DNA of 55,457 nucleotides, counting the filler, from Sluysia triapertura (Eukaryota), in NCBI GenBank assembly GCA_046118255.1. It is 3 parts of 3 records of this genome, joined end to end, with 100 filler letters (N's around TTAATTAATTAA, not from the genome) between each part and the next. Parts side by side here need not be neighbours in the genome. Positions count along the whole stretch, not along the records: positions 1 to 19,266 come from JBJNIA010080929.1; positions 19,367 to 36,653 come from JBJNIA010189941.1; 1 more part is not named here. The stretch is one strand, 5' to 3'. Position numbers and translations under genes: made by a program. Below the pieces are notes generated by a model. That model ran no database searches. It saw nothing but the letters and a program-made list of their open reading frames with translations, and was not told the DNA's origin. Shown here piece after piece: positions 1 through 20,544 of the stretch. Position 1 is the stretch's first letter. Each line of letters opens with the position of its first letter.

Positions 1-1209
1 ATACTGAGGTTTTGAGTTTATTTAATTATTGAGTTTTGATTTAATAATTTGGGAAAATAAAAGTATTAAAAGACACAGCAAATAGATGAAAGTTAATACT
101 TATTGTTGGATCGGGTAGTGGTTATGTTTCTCTGTATAAAGTAGGAATTATGTCTTTTTCTTATTACTAAAGTAAGTATTCTCAATAAAGACTTTGTAAT
201 ATTTTCATTTGTGCTATTATTTTGATTACAAAGTTCAACCATTTTTTCACAGTTAAAAAATTTAATCCTAAAATACAAATAAAATAAAATTCATAATAAT
301 TCAAATAAATGCCAACCACAATAAAATAAAATATTGAATTTTCTTGCAATGTAATACACTTGTAGCTATTAAACTTGAAAGTAGTAATCAGCAAAGTAGT
401 CTCAGCGGTATAACGTGACTTTGATCTTCGATTTTCCTGAGTGGAGCATGGCGTTTGTAATTTCAGTATATTTTGGTTCTGAAATAACTTAGGCTGAAAT
501 AGCTATACGACACGTCTGTTGCGGTCTCTTATATTCAAATTAAATTTTTGTGACATCAAAATTAAGTTTCAAAAGCCAGTTTAAGAAGCGTTGTTCTAGA
601 TACACGTGCTGCTGAGAACTCATTTAAAATTTGGAAACTGGAACTGCTACTTATTTTATATTTCATGCTCCTATATTCATATTATTTTATCCCTGCTATT
701 AAATTTTAGTTATAAACATGTTCTAAATATAACAGCCATCAAAGGAATAATTATAGATTTTTTTACAATTATTTAGTTACAATTGATGATAAAAGTGTTA
801 AGAGTTTTATCAAAAGTAGTTTGATGTTTTTTTCTTTGTTTTTATATTCATGTATTAAATATACGATGTGCACTTAATTGAATTTTGTGTGGAAATTAAT
901 GTGCATTTCTAAAAAGACATGATCTCTAGAGTCTGACAAAATTTTTGACTAATTAGTTCGTTGATGGTAAAATATCACTTTCAATTTTGTTCCTTATAAT
1001 CTTAAATAGTCTGAATAATATTGTGCACATTCGTTTTTAAATTTGTAAAGTTTATGATTATGTGGTATGAATGTAGAGTTATTCCTAATGTAAAGAGCGT
1101 TAAATAAATCACGAAATGCGCAATATCTTTATGAATTTTTGAGTGGATAATACTTATTCATAACATACTTATTCTACAAAAATTTTGATTTTTTCGATAT
1201 TATGATTAA

Positions 1210-8555
<7,346 letters not shown>

Positions 8556-8929
8556 TTACATCGATGTAGATTATAAGTGTTTTTAAATGTATAATATGTT
8601 TTGTTTTTGTTTTGTTTTTAATTCAAATAATCAATTTATTAAGTATAATATTAATTTTAATTTTTATAGTTTTAAAATTTTTTAGCAATCATAAATAAAC
8701 GATGTATCACTTTTGGTAATTGTAACTGACCATCTGGGAGACAATTAATTCAACATTTTTAATTTGAACATGGTAAAATAGGTTTATGTCGCATTTTATA
8801 AACAATTTCCACATACTTTTAAATAGTTGTCTCACAATAGTCGCATTTTGATTTTCACAAGCTAAAACTGAACATTTTTATTTAATTTTTTAGTGATTTA
8901 TTTTGTTTTTTTCAAACATTTTAAAATGG

Positions 8930-9520
8930 AATGATCAGCATTCGAATTCAAGATCTTTTCGTTATTGTATATATAATTATAGTATTTATATACAAAAAAA
9001 GCAATGATTCTTGGGAGGACATTGGTTTCAGTTTAATGATGAATCAAATGCTTATATATTCTACCAATTCTCTGATATCATCTGCCGTGCAAAAGCATAT
9101 TTCTCTTTATTAATGGAATTTGTATATTCAATTAAGTTAAATGGAAATTTGATAAAAGCAACTACATTTAGACCATAAATTCATTTCAATTATCAATTTT
9201 AATTTATCAATTCCGTTGCATTATTGGGCCATATTCATTGTGGGGATACAAAAAATTTTATATAGAGTTACTTTCTCAAATCTTCACTATCTGCAGCGCA
9301 TTGATTGTGTTTCGAAGTGTTAAAATTGCTTATTAATGTGATACTGAATATCCTGTTGTAAGACTTTATTCAAATAAACCCAAACGCATAAGCTTCGTTA
9401 ATCATTTCAAAACGGTATTATTAATATTGTGCACGTATGATAAAGGTCATTAGATTTTCACCAATCAAATCTGACTGGGCTTTATTTAAGCTTAATCATT
9501 ATCATGAGCAAATTAAATAT
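8930..9520 (-). mobile_element. Decayed non-LTR retrotransposon RT fragment
   Basis: Minus-strand relics in order: PQ..GPI (GVPQGSILGP-like), TADDIR (YADD-like) and EKDL(G)I. Frameshifted. Confidence 0.45.
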
Positions 9521-9544
9521 TGATGCTGGAAATGCCAAACTGTA

Positions 9545-11300
9545 GAACAAGAAATAAGTAAGAGATAGAATTATAAAGTATAGGAATAATTTACACAAAT
9601 GAATGAATTGCTGGAGCAATAATGATGAAAATGAAAACGTTTATGGTCATGTTAACAGCTGAAGAATACCTTCCAGAGTTTGTGGAAGCTTGAAATTGGT
9701 TTGGAAAACCTTTGCGAGTATGAAAACTTTTGAAGTCGTGAACCTTGAGGTCACTTATGATCTTATTGACTTATAGGTAATCTTGAAACATTGATAAGCA
9801 TTTGAGTAATCTAATGAAGTAGTTGAAATCTTTAAAATAAATTTAATACAGAAATAATTAACACAATGTAGTGAAAAAGGAATCAAATAGGTGAAGGTGA
9901 GAGAATGTAGAGTTTCCTGAATACCTTATATAGTGTCTTCTTATATAGTAAAACTTTAAATATAAAATAAAATGAAGTCTAAAAACAGATTAATTAATGA
10001 AAATCTTAATTAACTTAATTAAGAAAGAGTAGGTATTTCGTGAATAAAGTTTGAATGAGGAATTCCATGCTAAGGTTGAAACTGTGTATATTTGTTTTAT
10101 GAGACATTTCGTTGAAGGTACAGTTTGACGAGTTCATGAAATGAAAATTTGGTTTGAAAAATATTCGGAAATCAATTAAATTCTAAAAAGTGAAATTAAA
10201 TTCATTATTTTTTATGAATGTTAACAATATTGATGATTGTTAATATTAAAAACAATTTAAGTAAAGCAATAGAGTAGAATAAAGAAAAATAACGGTTGAT
10301 CATTAAGTATAAATTGGAACACTTAGAAGACATTATTTGCAGTTGATCACAAAAAGAAGATCCATGCTATTAGTAAGGTTTTATTTTATTTTATTTTGTT
10401 TTTAAATATTAATCTTAATTAAGAACGTTTTATTAGAATTATTTATAATAACATTAATTTGTAATCGATTGAATCATTTTTAGTAGTGCCTAATAAAGAT
10501 TTATAACTATATTAATTTGTAATTGATTTAATCATTGTTAGTAGTGCTTAATAGAGATTTGTAATAATACGAATTTGTAATTGATTTTTGTTTAATTAGT
10601 AAATTATATTGTTGCTTTTAATTCGATTTTCTTTTGTGGAGAATAATTATTATTATTAATAAATAAGAAAATTGTTCATAATTGATATTTGATATAGTGA
10701 GTACATAAACAATTAATTTTTTTGTAGTTATTTAAATTAAAATCCATTTAACGTAAATAATATTTTGAAAGGCTCCCAACACATTTAATAAAGTTTGGCA
10801 TGCTGTACCATGTTACTGTCAAGTTTATTATTGTCGGTTTAATTCTCAAAGAATGTAATAATGAATTGTGTGAGAGGATTTTTGATTTTAAAGCTCACGA
10901 ATTATTGGATAATGAGAAAGTATAAAAAGGAATTTTAAGTCAGAAGAAAATATTCGAAAAGAAATGAGAAGGTTCATTTTGATTTTTATTTATTTATTAA
11001 TTTAATTTATGTTTGTTTTTCTTTCGGGCCTTACGCAATTTTTTTAATAATTATATTTACTTTTGGGATTTATAATAATGTATTTATTGATTTTTATCTT
11101 TGGGCAATATCCGCTATATTAGTTTTAATAAATTTTAATGGATATTTTTTAGAAAAATGAATTAAATTGTATTGAGGAGATTCCCTTTTAAGTTTAATAT
11201 TGGTTAATTTTTGTTCACATTTGCTTTGTTATATTAATTGTATAATTAATTTTGTTATAATAGTTATTTTGTAGTTTTCTTTTAATTGAAACATGAGTTA
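9545..11300 (+). repeat. Dispersed repeat family A, copy 1 (includes ~59-bp tandem units at ~10435-10590)
   Basis: Blockwise similarity to 11745-13400 (e.g. aaatgaagtctaaaaacagattaattaa..aacttaattaagaaa; aattctcaaaga..aattgtgtgag). No recognisable ORF. Confidence 0.7.
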
Positions 11301-11744
11301 TTTATGTTGTATTCAATAGTGTCGTTTATACTTTTACTTTTACCAAATTACAATCCAATAATTAAACCAAATCGGAATCTCGATATATTATTTAAAAAAT
11401 TCACACTTATACAATAAAAATTCTTTTATAACAATACACCTCTATTATACAAATAAAACAAATTATTTTAATATCAAAACGTCCTTTATTATTATTAACT
11501 TCAAAATTACAAATCATTTAATATTATAAATCACTACCAGTGATGACACAACTCAAATAAAATAAATGTTGACAACCATATTAACTAAATTTAATGAATA
11601 AGGAACATGTTACTAACCCTTAAGTGTTTATATTACTCGGTTTCTAAGGAATAAGCCTTAATTTTACCACCGTTTCCACAGATGAATTGAAGCATCGTCC
11701 CTAAAGCTAAAAAGTTTGCAATTTCGTTATTGTCTTACTGTTGG

Positions 11745-13400
11745 GTTTGCCAAATTATGGAACAGAAAATGAGTGAGAAACATATAGAATTATAAAATGA
11801 AGAAATCACTGATACTAAGTGACGGATTGAACATCATAAGCAGAGTTGAAATAAAAATCATAAAAATAAAAACATCTGTAATAATAATAATAATAACAGT
11901 TAAAGAATACCTTGGAGTCCCAAAGAATTATATAAGGGTTTGAGACCGTATGAAAATTTGTGATAAACCTTTAAAGGCATTGCAATGCCTTTGAGCTTGT
12001 GAACTTTGAGATCATCTGAGACTTTATTAACCTTGATAAGCATCTAATTTCATCGAGTAATATTATAAAGCATTTAAAATCCTTGAAATATTTCAGAAAT
12101 AAAATTATTGTTATGGCATTAAGAATAAATTAGTAAGGCAATATTAACATGAAGAAGTAGAAAAAATTAGAGAAGTAAATGCGAAAAGATCTAGTGCTTC
12201 CTGAATTCCGTATAAAGTACTAAATAAATATTTAAACATAAAATAAGATGAAGTCCAAAAATAGATTAATTAATTAACTTAATTAACTTAATTAAGAAAA
12301 AATACTTTTTTGAGAATAACTTTTGAATGTGGAATGCTACGTTAAATTTGAAACTGTGTATGTATTTGTTTTAGAAAGACCTTACGATGACGGTGTGGTT
12401 TGACTGAGTTCATACAAGGAAAGCCTTAATATTTAGCAATATCAAATTTTAATTAATCTTTAATTATGGAATGTTGAATTTTTTATATTTAGAGTGATAA
12501 AAATGTAAACAGTGGAATATAGGATGATTGCTGTGAAAGAGGAGAATCTAGAAATGAGTTTGAAATGTTTGCATAAAGGCTTGTTTGATAATAAGAACCT
12601 TAAACATTTTTTCATTAGAAAATTGGGTGTGAAAAATCGGAAATCCATTAAATTCTAAAAAAAGAAATTAAATTCATTATTTTTATGTTAATAATATTGT
12701 TGATGGTTGTTTGAATGCGAGAAGTAATTTAAGTAAAAGCAGATTGAGCAGAGTAAAAGAAAACGATGGTTGATAATAAATCAAATTTTTGTGTTTTGTA
12801 CCTAATGAAGTTTGACAGAACGTACCTCTAATTATCAAAGTTGTTATTGCCGGTCCAATTCTCAAAGAGATTTTGATAATTTGTGTGAGCCAGTATTTGA
12901 TTGTGTAACTCAAAATTGATTGGATGATAAGAAATTATAAAATGAAAAACTTAAAGATTTTACAATGCAATCACACGATCAAAAAGATCTATGATTTTGG
13001 CAAGACTTCAGTATTTTATTTTTGTTATTTTGATTTTTTTATATTAATGATGATTATTATTATTATAATTAGAGATAAATTTTTGAGTGGTATCCTTAAA
13101 TTATTTTAATATTTGGGCTGTTTTATATATTGATAAATTTGATCTTTCTGAGGATCCCTGCCATAATTAATATTTAATCGTTATTAAGTAAGAATAAAAA
13201 TTATCCGAAAATATTTAAATATTATTAGAATTTCAACTTTTTAGTTATTGATAAATTAATTTTTGTAGCGTCACCTCTGGTTTCTTTGTATAGATTATTG
13301 TGGTTTTATAGTCATAAATATTATTGTTAATTTTGAAATTTAGTCATTTTTATTTAATTCATTTGTATTATCGTTTAAGCCGAAACTTGTAATAACGACT
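11745..13400 (+). repeat. Dispersed repeat family A, copy 2
   Basis: Shares blocks with 9545-11300, 15065-15170, 24330-24640 (inverted) and 55010-55160, e.g. actgatactaagtga..gaacat..ataagcag.gttg.aataa.aatcat. Confidence 0.7.
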
Positions 13401-15064
13401 TGTTTATTGAGTTGTAATTTAATAATTTGTAAGAATAAAAGTATTAAAAGAAACAATTATTATGCAATAAGCAAGCATTTCTTATTAAGTTATCAAATTA
13501 AACAAATTTTAAAAGTTAATTAATAATTGCACTTTAATACTTTAACAAACAAAACCCCGAAATGATTATTCTTTCGTATTTTTCATTATTTTTTCTTGAT
13601 TCCAGTATTTTATATGCTTATTTTGTTATTACAATTCATCATAATACCTTACCTTAATTCTTCAATAATGTTAATTTTATTCTATTATCTTGAGATATAA
13701 CCCAACAAATATAATTGAGTTAATCTTTTTAAGCTTACCAAATTTTTAATTAAAATAATTAAGTAATTTTGAATTAACTTAATTTTTTAGTTTCATCTCT
13801 GCCATTTAATTCAGGAACAGTAGGGTAAGGTTGCTCAATAGGTAAAATTGGTCGGCTTATTTCCGACTGAAAGAAAATCGATGTCTAATTTCCGTCTTCT
13901 TCAATTTCTGATTTTTAATTTCACTAATTGCCATAAAAATGCTGTTAAAAAGTGGTGTTAAGATGAATAAGTAATTATTAGTAAAGGTTAAGATGTATCA
14001 GTAATTTTAAGATAAGTTTGTTTGCATTAACGATTAATTATTAATAGAATTATTGATTATTTAACCTTTAATATCATTTTGTTAATTGTGCAATTAATTT
14101 AATATTTTTGGAATTTTATAATTAATATTTTGTTAATTTTGGACTTTTATTATTTGGAATTAATTAATTTTTGAAAGTAAGAGAATATTAAAATTTATTT
14201 TTATTAATTATTATTATTACAATTAAAAAATTTAAAATTATATAATCGCTTGACCTTCAAGGTCATCTTTTATAATATAAAAATACTGAAATAAAACTTC
14301 ATAAATCACAACAAACGACACAATATTTCTGCAAGTATAAACGCAGGGTATTTGTACAAATAGTATTGCATTGAATGAAAAAGTTTTTAATCGTATCAAT
14401 CCAAGGAGCCGACATACTTTTTGGGCCAACTATCACATTCTTTACAAATTATGGTTAATTCTTTTGCTTAAGGATTTAGCAAACTTTAATATTGCCTTTT
14501 TAAACTTTAACTTAAATTAATCTAAACGAACACTGCTATTTAGAAAATTAAAATATTTGATTAAAATAGATAAAGATAGGATTATTTGTAAATTAATCCA
14601 TTTTAAATTTTTTATCACTTTTACCTGTACATATATATACTTTGTAATATTTGTTGTTATTTAATATAAATTATTGTACGTTCAGTTAAATTTTTTAAGA
14701 GGTTCCATTTAGAACCTCATTGATATACCAATTTTTAAAGATTCGATCTTATTAAAATATAAATTAATTTTAAAGGTTCGCCTTAGAACCTAATTAAAAT
14801 CACTTGAAAGTAAAATTTAAGGTTCATCGTAAAATTTTCAGTTTAGGAACCTAATTAAATTACTGCTTAATTAAAATTCCTTTTTTAAAATTTTCAAAGA
14901 AAAACATTACACTAAAATTTTATAATCTCCTTAGATGTTACGTTTTTGCATTTCAAAAAATCCAACGCTAACCTAACTGTGAGACTAGTACGTTGATGAA
15001 ATCACTTTTCATTCGTAAGAAAAACACTAGAGGAATAGACCTTTATTCGTGAGAACCACAGATA

Positions 15065-15170
15065 TAAAATGAGATTATAAAATGAAAAAATTAAAAATTT
15101 TACATGATCAAGAAGATCTGTGATTTGGGTAAGACTTCAGTATTTTATTTTGTTATTTTAATTTTTTTAA
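15065..15170 (+). repeat. Family A fragment
   Basis: Near copy of 12930-13040 (ttataaaatgaaaaa..aagatct.tgattt.gg.aagacttcagtattttattt). Confidence 0.7.
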
Positions 15171-16097
15171 TTGAAATATAAAACTAGAAATCAAAAAATT
15201 TAAAACAAAATTTCAAATAACACTTATATCCAAATAAATAAGTGAATATATCAATTCATACAATGTTGTATTTGTGTAGTTCTAAGTAATTTTCCTCAAA
15301 ATTAAATCTAAAACTGTGGGATTCTGTCTAAGATTATTTTTTTATTTAATGAAGTTTTTTAATTCTGTTAGAATATGATGTAGTTCCTTTACAATTGAGA
15401 GTATACTATCCTAAAATTATCTGAGTTCATCGGTGGTCCACAGGATTATAGGAAATATCAATATCAACTAAAGTCTCTTAATATATCTGATGATCCTACA
15501 ATTATAATTTAGACAAGTGTTTTGTAATCTTACACAATTACTTTATTAATAAAATCTTCGTTTTAAAATCAAGCGAAAATGATTATTTTAACTCCTTTTA
15601 AAATAAGTTAAAAATAGGTATTGCATTTTGATTTAAATCACCCAAGTTTTAATCTCTTGTTTAAAATATTAAATAATCACAATTATTTTATACAGTATTA
15701 ATGATAACATAAGCTCATGATACAAATATACTATTTTAACTGAATACAGATAATACAACTGTAAATATGTGAATTATAGTATTACTACATTAGATTGATT
15801 TTAATGGACTATTTAAAATGGCCAGTAAAGATGATTATGATTTTAGCAGCGTTTTAAAACGGTGTAAAACTTATTAGTAAAATATTAACAGTAATCGAAA
15901 CAGTGTTTATGAACGTATTCAAACTGATAATTTCCGCATGGGATAGATGATAAACTGTCGAATAACAAAAACTGTTAACAGTTTAATGGTATTTATACTA
16001 TAGGAGTGGCAAGCATTTCAATATGGCATTTTAAATATTAAAATTTTCTAAATAATTCCTAAAATATTAAAACAGTAAACTTGAAAAATGTATTAAA

Positions 16098-17163
16098 TTA
16101 TTGATCTTCAATTTTTCGTTTCTTCTGAAGTTCTGAATGTTCATCTGCATCGTGCTTTCTCTTTTTAGCTTGTTTTTCTTTTTGATCACTTTCATTTATT
16201 TTATCAATAGACTTGAAGTATTTTTTACCGCGTACTTTTTGATATTTCAAATGAAATGTACCATCTTCTAGCATCTTATCAATTTTCGAAGGTTGTGGCG
16301 GGGGAGGAAATAAAGATTTTTCCTTCGAAGCAACCTAAATTTATTTTATAATTTTGAGAAAAAGTTTACTTTTGGTTTTCTTTTAATGTTTTTTTTCTTC
16401 GGCTCGATGAGTTTGAGAATAGGCCCCCAGTCTTTATCTTTCATTTCTGGTCGTAATTTTAGAGCCTTAATCATTTCATAACGCTTTATTGCGTATATGG
16501 GTAAATATTTCTTTTCAAATATATCTTTCACAAGTCGAACAGCATCATAAAAGTATTCTATTGGACCAATAACAGCAACAGTTTTACCATAAATGAAAAC
16601 TTTACAATTGGTACTACTAGTAAACATTTCTTTAAAACTATCTTGTTGCATTCTGTTTGCATATTTTGTTCGATTTTCTGGTACATCAACCAATTCGCCT
16701 AAGTAATCATCATTAAAAACTTTGAAAGCTTCTTCTACAGGTACGTAACGACATATAATGTTTAAGAACATTTTTGAATGTAATACTACAACTGGATTAA
16801 AACATGCTGCTGTAGTTTTTATCGTAATCTCTCCTTTTATTCTGTCTAATGATACTTGTAAACCCTATAATTTAAATAATTATAAAAATAAATTACATAT
16901 GGAGATATTTGTTCTTTTATAATGTGTAACACATTTTTAAAGTAATCATCTAATGCACGTGGGTATTTAACAGTATTTGATGATTCACATAATAAACGTC
17001 CACCAGGAATTTCATCTCTTGTTAACGGTTTATCCACCCAGTTTGGATCTATGTCTACTTTAACTGTTTCTTTAACTATATTCTTTTCTTTATTTATTTG
17101 TCCCGGTTGTAATAATATCCATCCAGGTTTAACTGGATAATCATGAACCTTATTATTTTTCAT
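16098..17163 (-). CDS. KRR1: KRR1-like small-subunit processome KH-domain protein, divergent (332 aa)
   Basis: Exons 17163-16897, 16864-16370 and 16334-16098; GT-AG introns of 32 and 35 nt, both phase 0, giving an open frame. KRR1 motifs in order: LL.ESS....P, LD.I.G..T.KTT....P, TNC.V...GKTV..IGP, PIY.IK...I..L...P..K..DW, FPPPPQPSKIDK.L..G. Confidence 0.88.
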
Positions 17164-18835
17164 GTTCTGTATTAAAACTTCATTTAAACAATATTTAAAC
17201 AAAAAAAGAATATGTGGTTTTAAATTAGCTGACAAAGATAAATATAAAACCTTTTCCCTAAATTCATAAACGAAAATATATTTGAGCTTTTGATACATAC
17301 GCATATATTCACAATATTACATTTGCAGTTGATTAAAAAGATAATATTTTGTTTAGTAATAGTTTCAATAATGGCTTTAATTTGAAATTTAACACTAAAA
17401 TAGAATAGGTTTCTTTTCTTTGTTAATAAATATAAAACTGTATATACTTCTTTGATTTTAAATTTATTAGATTGTTAATTTATCTGTAATGTTGCATTAT
17501 CAGGCATGATTTAACTGGGTTGACATTTCAAATTAAAAATAGGACTACTTTTTAATATTAACATAATCATAAATTGCTTGTTTAATTATAATTTATTTAG
17601 TGATTATAATTCTAAATTAAATACTAAAATAAAACAGGTGTTGTAAATTTTACAATAGTAAAAAATAATTTATTAATTTATATTGTACCAATATATACTA
17701 CAAAGTAAATATTCACAAGTGCTTAAATTAAATCATTCAATATAATACTTGTGAAAGGGAAACAAATGGTATATCGTTGTTTTTGTTTGAAAGTGAAGAA
17801 TTTAATTTTGGAAACCTTTACAAATATAAATATCGAGTATTATATATTGAGAATATTTTAACTTTTCTTATTCATCTATGTTTTTTATAATCCTTAGCGG
17901 CTAATATTTCTGGTTAATTATAATTCCATTCAATTTCCACTTTTGTAAGGAAATTAAATAAATTTACGACTTATAAGTAACTTTCCGCAATAAATCGAGA
18001 TTAAAATATAAGAGAATATACTTTCAGTCTGCTTTAAAGGAGAACTAAACAAAATGTTGTTTTAGAAATCAGTCTTAAATTCCTTTTACGAAAATTCGAT
18101 TATTATTGATCAATGCAATTAAATGCTGCTCATACATTTAAAAATTTGAATAATACTCATAAAATGAATTCAAATTTGAATTATCTTTATCAAACGTTAT
18201 TTGTGAATTTAACCTTAGATAAAATGATTATATAACCATCACGGCATATGAGAAATTAAGGTATGTGTACATAAAATTAGTTCGAAAACATTTATTAATC
18301 TAAATTGACAATGAAAAACGAAATATTTTATAAATTTTAAAATCAAAAATCAGATTCATTATTACTGATAGACATTAAATAATAAAAGGTATTTTAATCT
18401 GCGGAGTGACGTTTAGTAAAGTTTTTTCAATTAACTGAATGTTATCTGAATAATAATAATTAAATGTTAATATTTTTATCTAAAGTTTTATTGTATTATT
18501 TCTTTCCTTTATATTCTGAATGACATGCTTATATCATAAAAAATTTGAGGTTTGACCCTAACATTTGAAATTTAAACAATCCACATTTGGTTTTGTCTAA
18601 TAAAATAAATAAAAAATTTATTAAAAAGAATTTTTAAATTGTTTAAACTCGTAAAACATTTCATTGTTTCTAAGTGATAATAAATTTTCATTTTTTTACT
18701 TTATCAAATCTAATTTTAATTTTTTTATTGATTGTACATTTTAATATATATTTTATAAGTAAAAGAAATAATATAAATATTATAACAAATTTTCTTCAAA
18801 AAATTTCATACTTTATATTTATTTGAAATTATTTT

Positions 18836-19266
18836 ATGTCAGAATCTGAATTGGATAGTAATTTTTAATTTTAAATTTATTCAAAAGTAGATTTTGATGA
18901 TATTTTTAGTAGTGATGATGAAAATAAAGTTAAATTTGCGAAGTCAAAGAATTTAAAATTGGACAATTTATCTAAAAATAACGATGTTTCTGTTGATACC
19001 AACAAAAATAAAGTTGAGCTGCAAAAAAGTGTTATTTCCAATAAATCAAATTCAGTATTACCTTATGACATTGAAAATTCTTCGGAAACAATTTATAATA
19101 GCGACAGTAAAACTAAAACTATTAAAGCAGCAACGGCAGTATTAAATGATTTTCTTAAGCCAACGTCTACTTTAGCAGAACAAGAAAACCCAAAGTCACA
19201 TTTAAAATTTAATTCATTACTTAGTATTTTTTATAATTACAAATGATTTTTTTAGAAAAAGATAAT
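18836..19266 (+). CDS. Unknown protein, 5' end (acidic/Ser-rich N-terminus), truncated by assembly gap
   Basis: ATG at 18836; exons 18836-18857, 18891-19223 and 19256-gap joined in frame by 33- and 32-nt GT-AG introns (MSESELDNFDDIFSSDDENKVKF...). Divergent from KRR1. Confidence 0.65.
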
Positions 19267-19575
19267 NNNNNNNNNNNNNNNNNNNNNNNNNNNNNNNNNN
19301 NNNNNNNNNNTTAATTAATTAANNNNNNNNNNNNNNNNNNNNNNNNNNNNNNNNNNNNNNNNNNNNTAACGTTCCACTGACACTGCTGTCCTAAGTTTTG
19401 ACCCTTCTATCAACCCTTATTNNNNNNNNNNNNNNNNNNNNNNNNNNNNNNNNNNNNNNNNNNNNNNNNNNNNNNNNNNNNNNNNNNNNNNNNNNNNNNN
19501 NNNNNNNNNNNNNNNNNNNNNNNNNNNNNNNNNNNNNNNNNNNNNNNNNNNNNNNNNNNNNNNNNNNNNNNNNNN
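19267..19575. other. Assembly gaps (N-run containing an artificial TTAATTAATTAA linker, a 55-bp island, then a second N-run)
   Basis: The same 100-bp N44-linker-N44 structure occurs at 36654-36753. Confidence 0.95.
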
Positions 19576-19619
19576 TTTGCTAAGAATGACTTACTTCCTT
19601 AAGTAAGTTTTTTGATTGT

Positions 19620-20480
19620 AAACAATATGTTTAAGAAAATGTACGCTATCATGTAAAAATTCTATTATTTCTTCAATATTAAGAATTGCATCAATCACTA
19701 CTATATTTAAAAATTCAAGTATATCTCTTGTATTTATACGTTCAGTATTATTAATTCAGTAATAATCTTGATATCATCAATATTAGCAACATCAATTTAA
19801 TATCAATTATTCTTTTTCGATTTCCTTTGCTAATAATGTAAAAGAGTTACTTATACCAATTTTATCATCTTGAGGCGTTTCGTCATTTAAATCTTCCTTT
19901 TGCAATATGTAAACTATTCTACCAGGAATATTATATCTATTACTATTATAATTATTATTGTGTGAAAAATTAGCATTACTTTTTGTAAATTTGTAACTCG
20001 TTACTTATAATAATATCTATCGTTATTATTATTCTTATTATAATTCTTATCTCTTTTATACGCATCCTCATTATCACATACATAATTAAGACTATCCCTA
20101 TACTTCTTAATTTTTTAACTACATCCTTAAAAGGTTTACCATTTATCAGATAACATAGATACTTAAATTTGGACTTAGACCAGTTTTTAATTTATCAACT
20201 AATGTTATTTCTTTTTATCATCAAGGACTTTCGCCCTTGCTAAAAGGCTTTTTAGAGCGCAAGCGAATTCGTACACTGTTTTGTTGTCTTTTGTTTTCTT
20301 ATACTTAACTTAGCGTAGTGTTTTCCTATGTCATCGAGTGTGACTTCCTCAGAAAAAGCATTTATAAATGCATTCCATGTTTATTTATCTCTATCATTTT
20401 TTTTCTTATATGTCTGGATCGCTACTCCATTTAGATAATTTTGAATTCTTTTCATTTTTTCAGCTTTTAGCTTCGGTACT
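19620..20480 (-). mobile_element. Decayed LTR-retrotransposon gag (Ty3/gypsy-like capsid), with a possible protease relic downstream
   Basis: Read across frameshifts: EKMKRIQNYLNGVAIQTY..TWNAFINAF..AKLSIRKQK/DNKTVYEFACALKSLL../EITLVDKLKTGLSPNL/KY. This fits the L.G.A..W.Y, W..F...F, L....Q...TV.EF...L and GL.P capsid pattern. VIDAILNIE near 19690 weakly resembles a protease DTG region. Confidence 0.7.
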
Positions 20481-20544
20481 ACTATGGTATACGAATGAAA
20501 AGTCGCAGAGATCTTCCTCTGCTCCATTAAACTTACGCATTTAA

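Noticed and set aside
392-440. tRNA-like A/B-box traces (tagtctcagcgg..ttcgatt)
   Set aside because: No cloverleaf; too weak to call a tRNA or SINE.
10435-10590. Regularly spaced repeats superficially like a CRISPR array
   Set aside because: Contiguous tandem units without unique spacers; eukaryotic context and no cas genes.
19311-19322. TTAATTAATTAA palindrome within N-runs (also 36698-36709)
   Set aside because: Scaffolding linker centred in identical 100-bp gaps; not biological.
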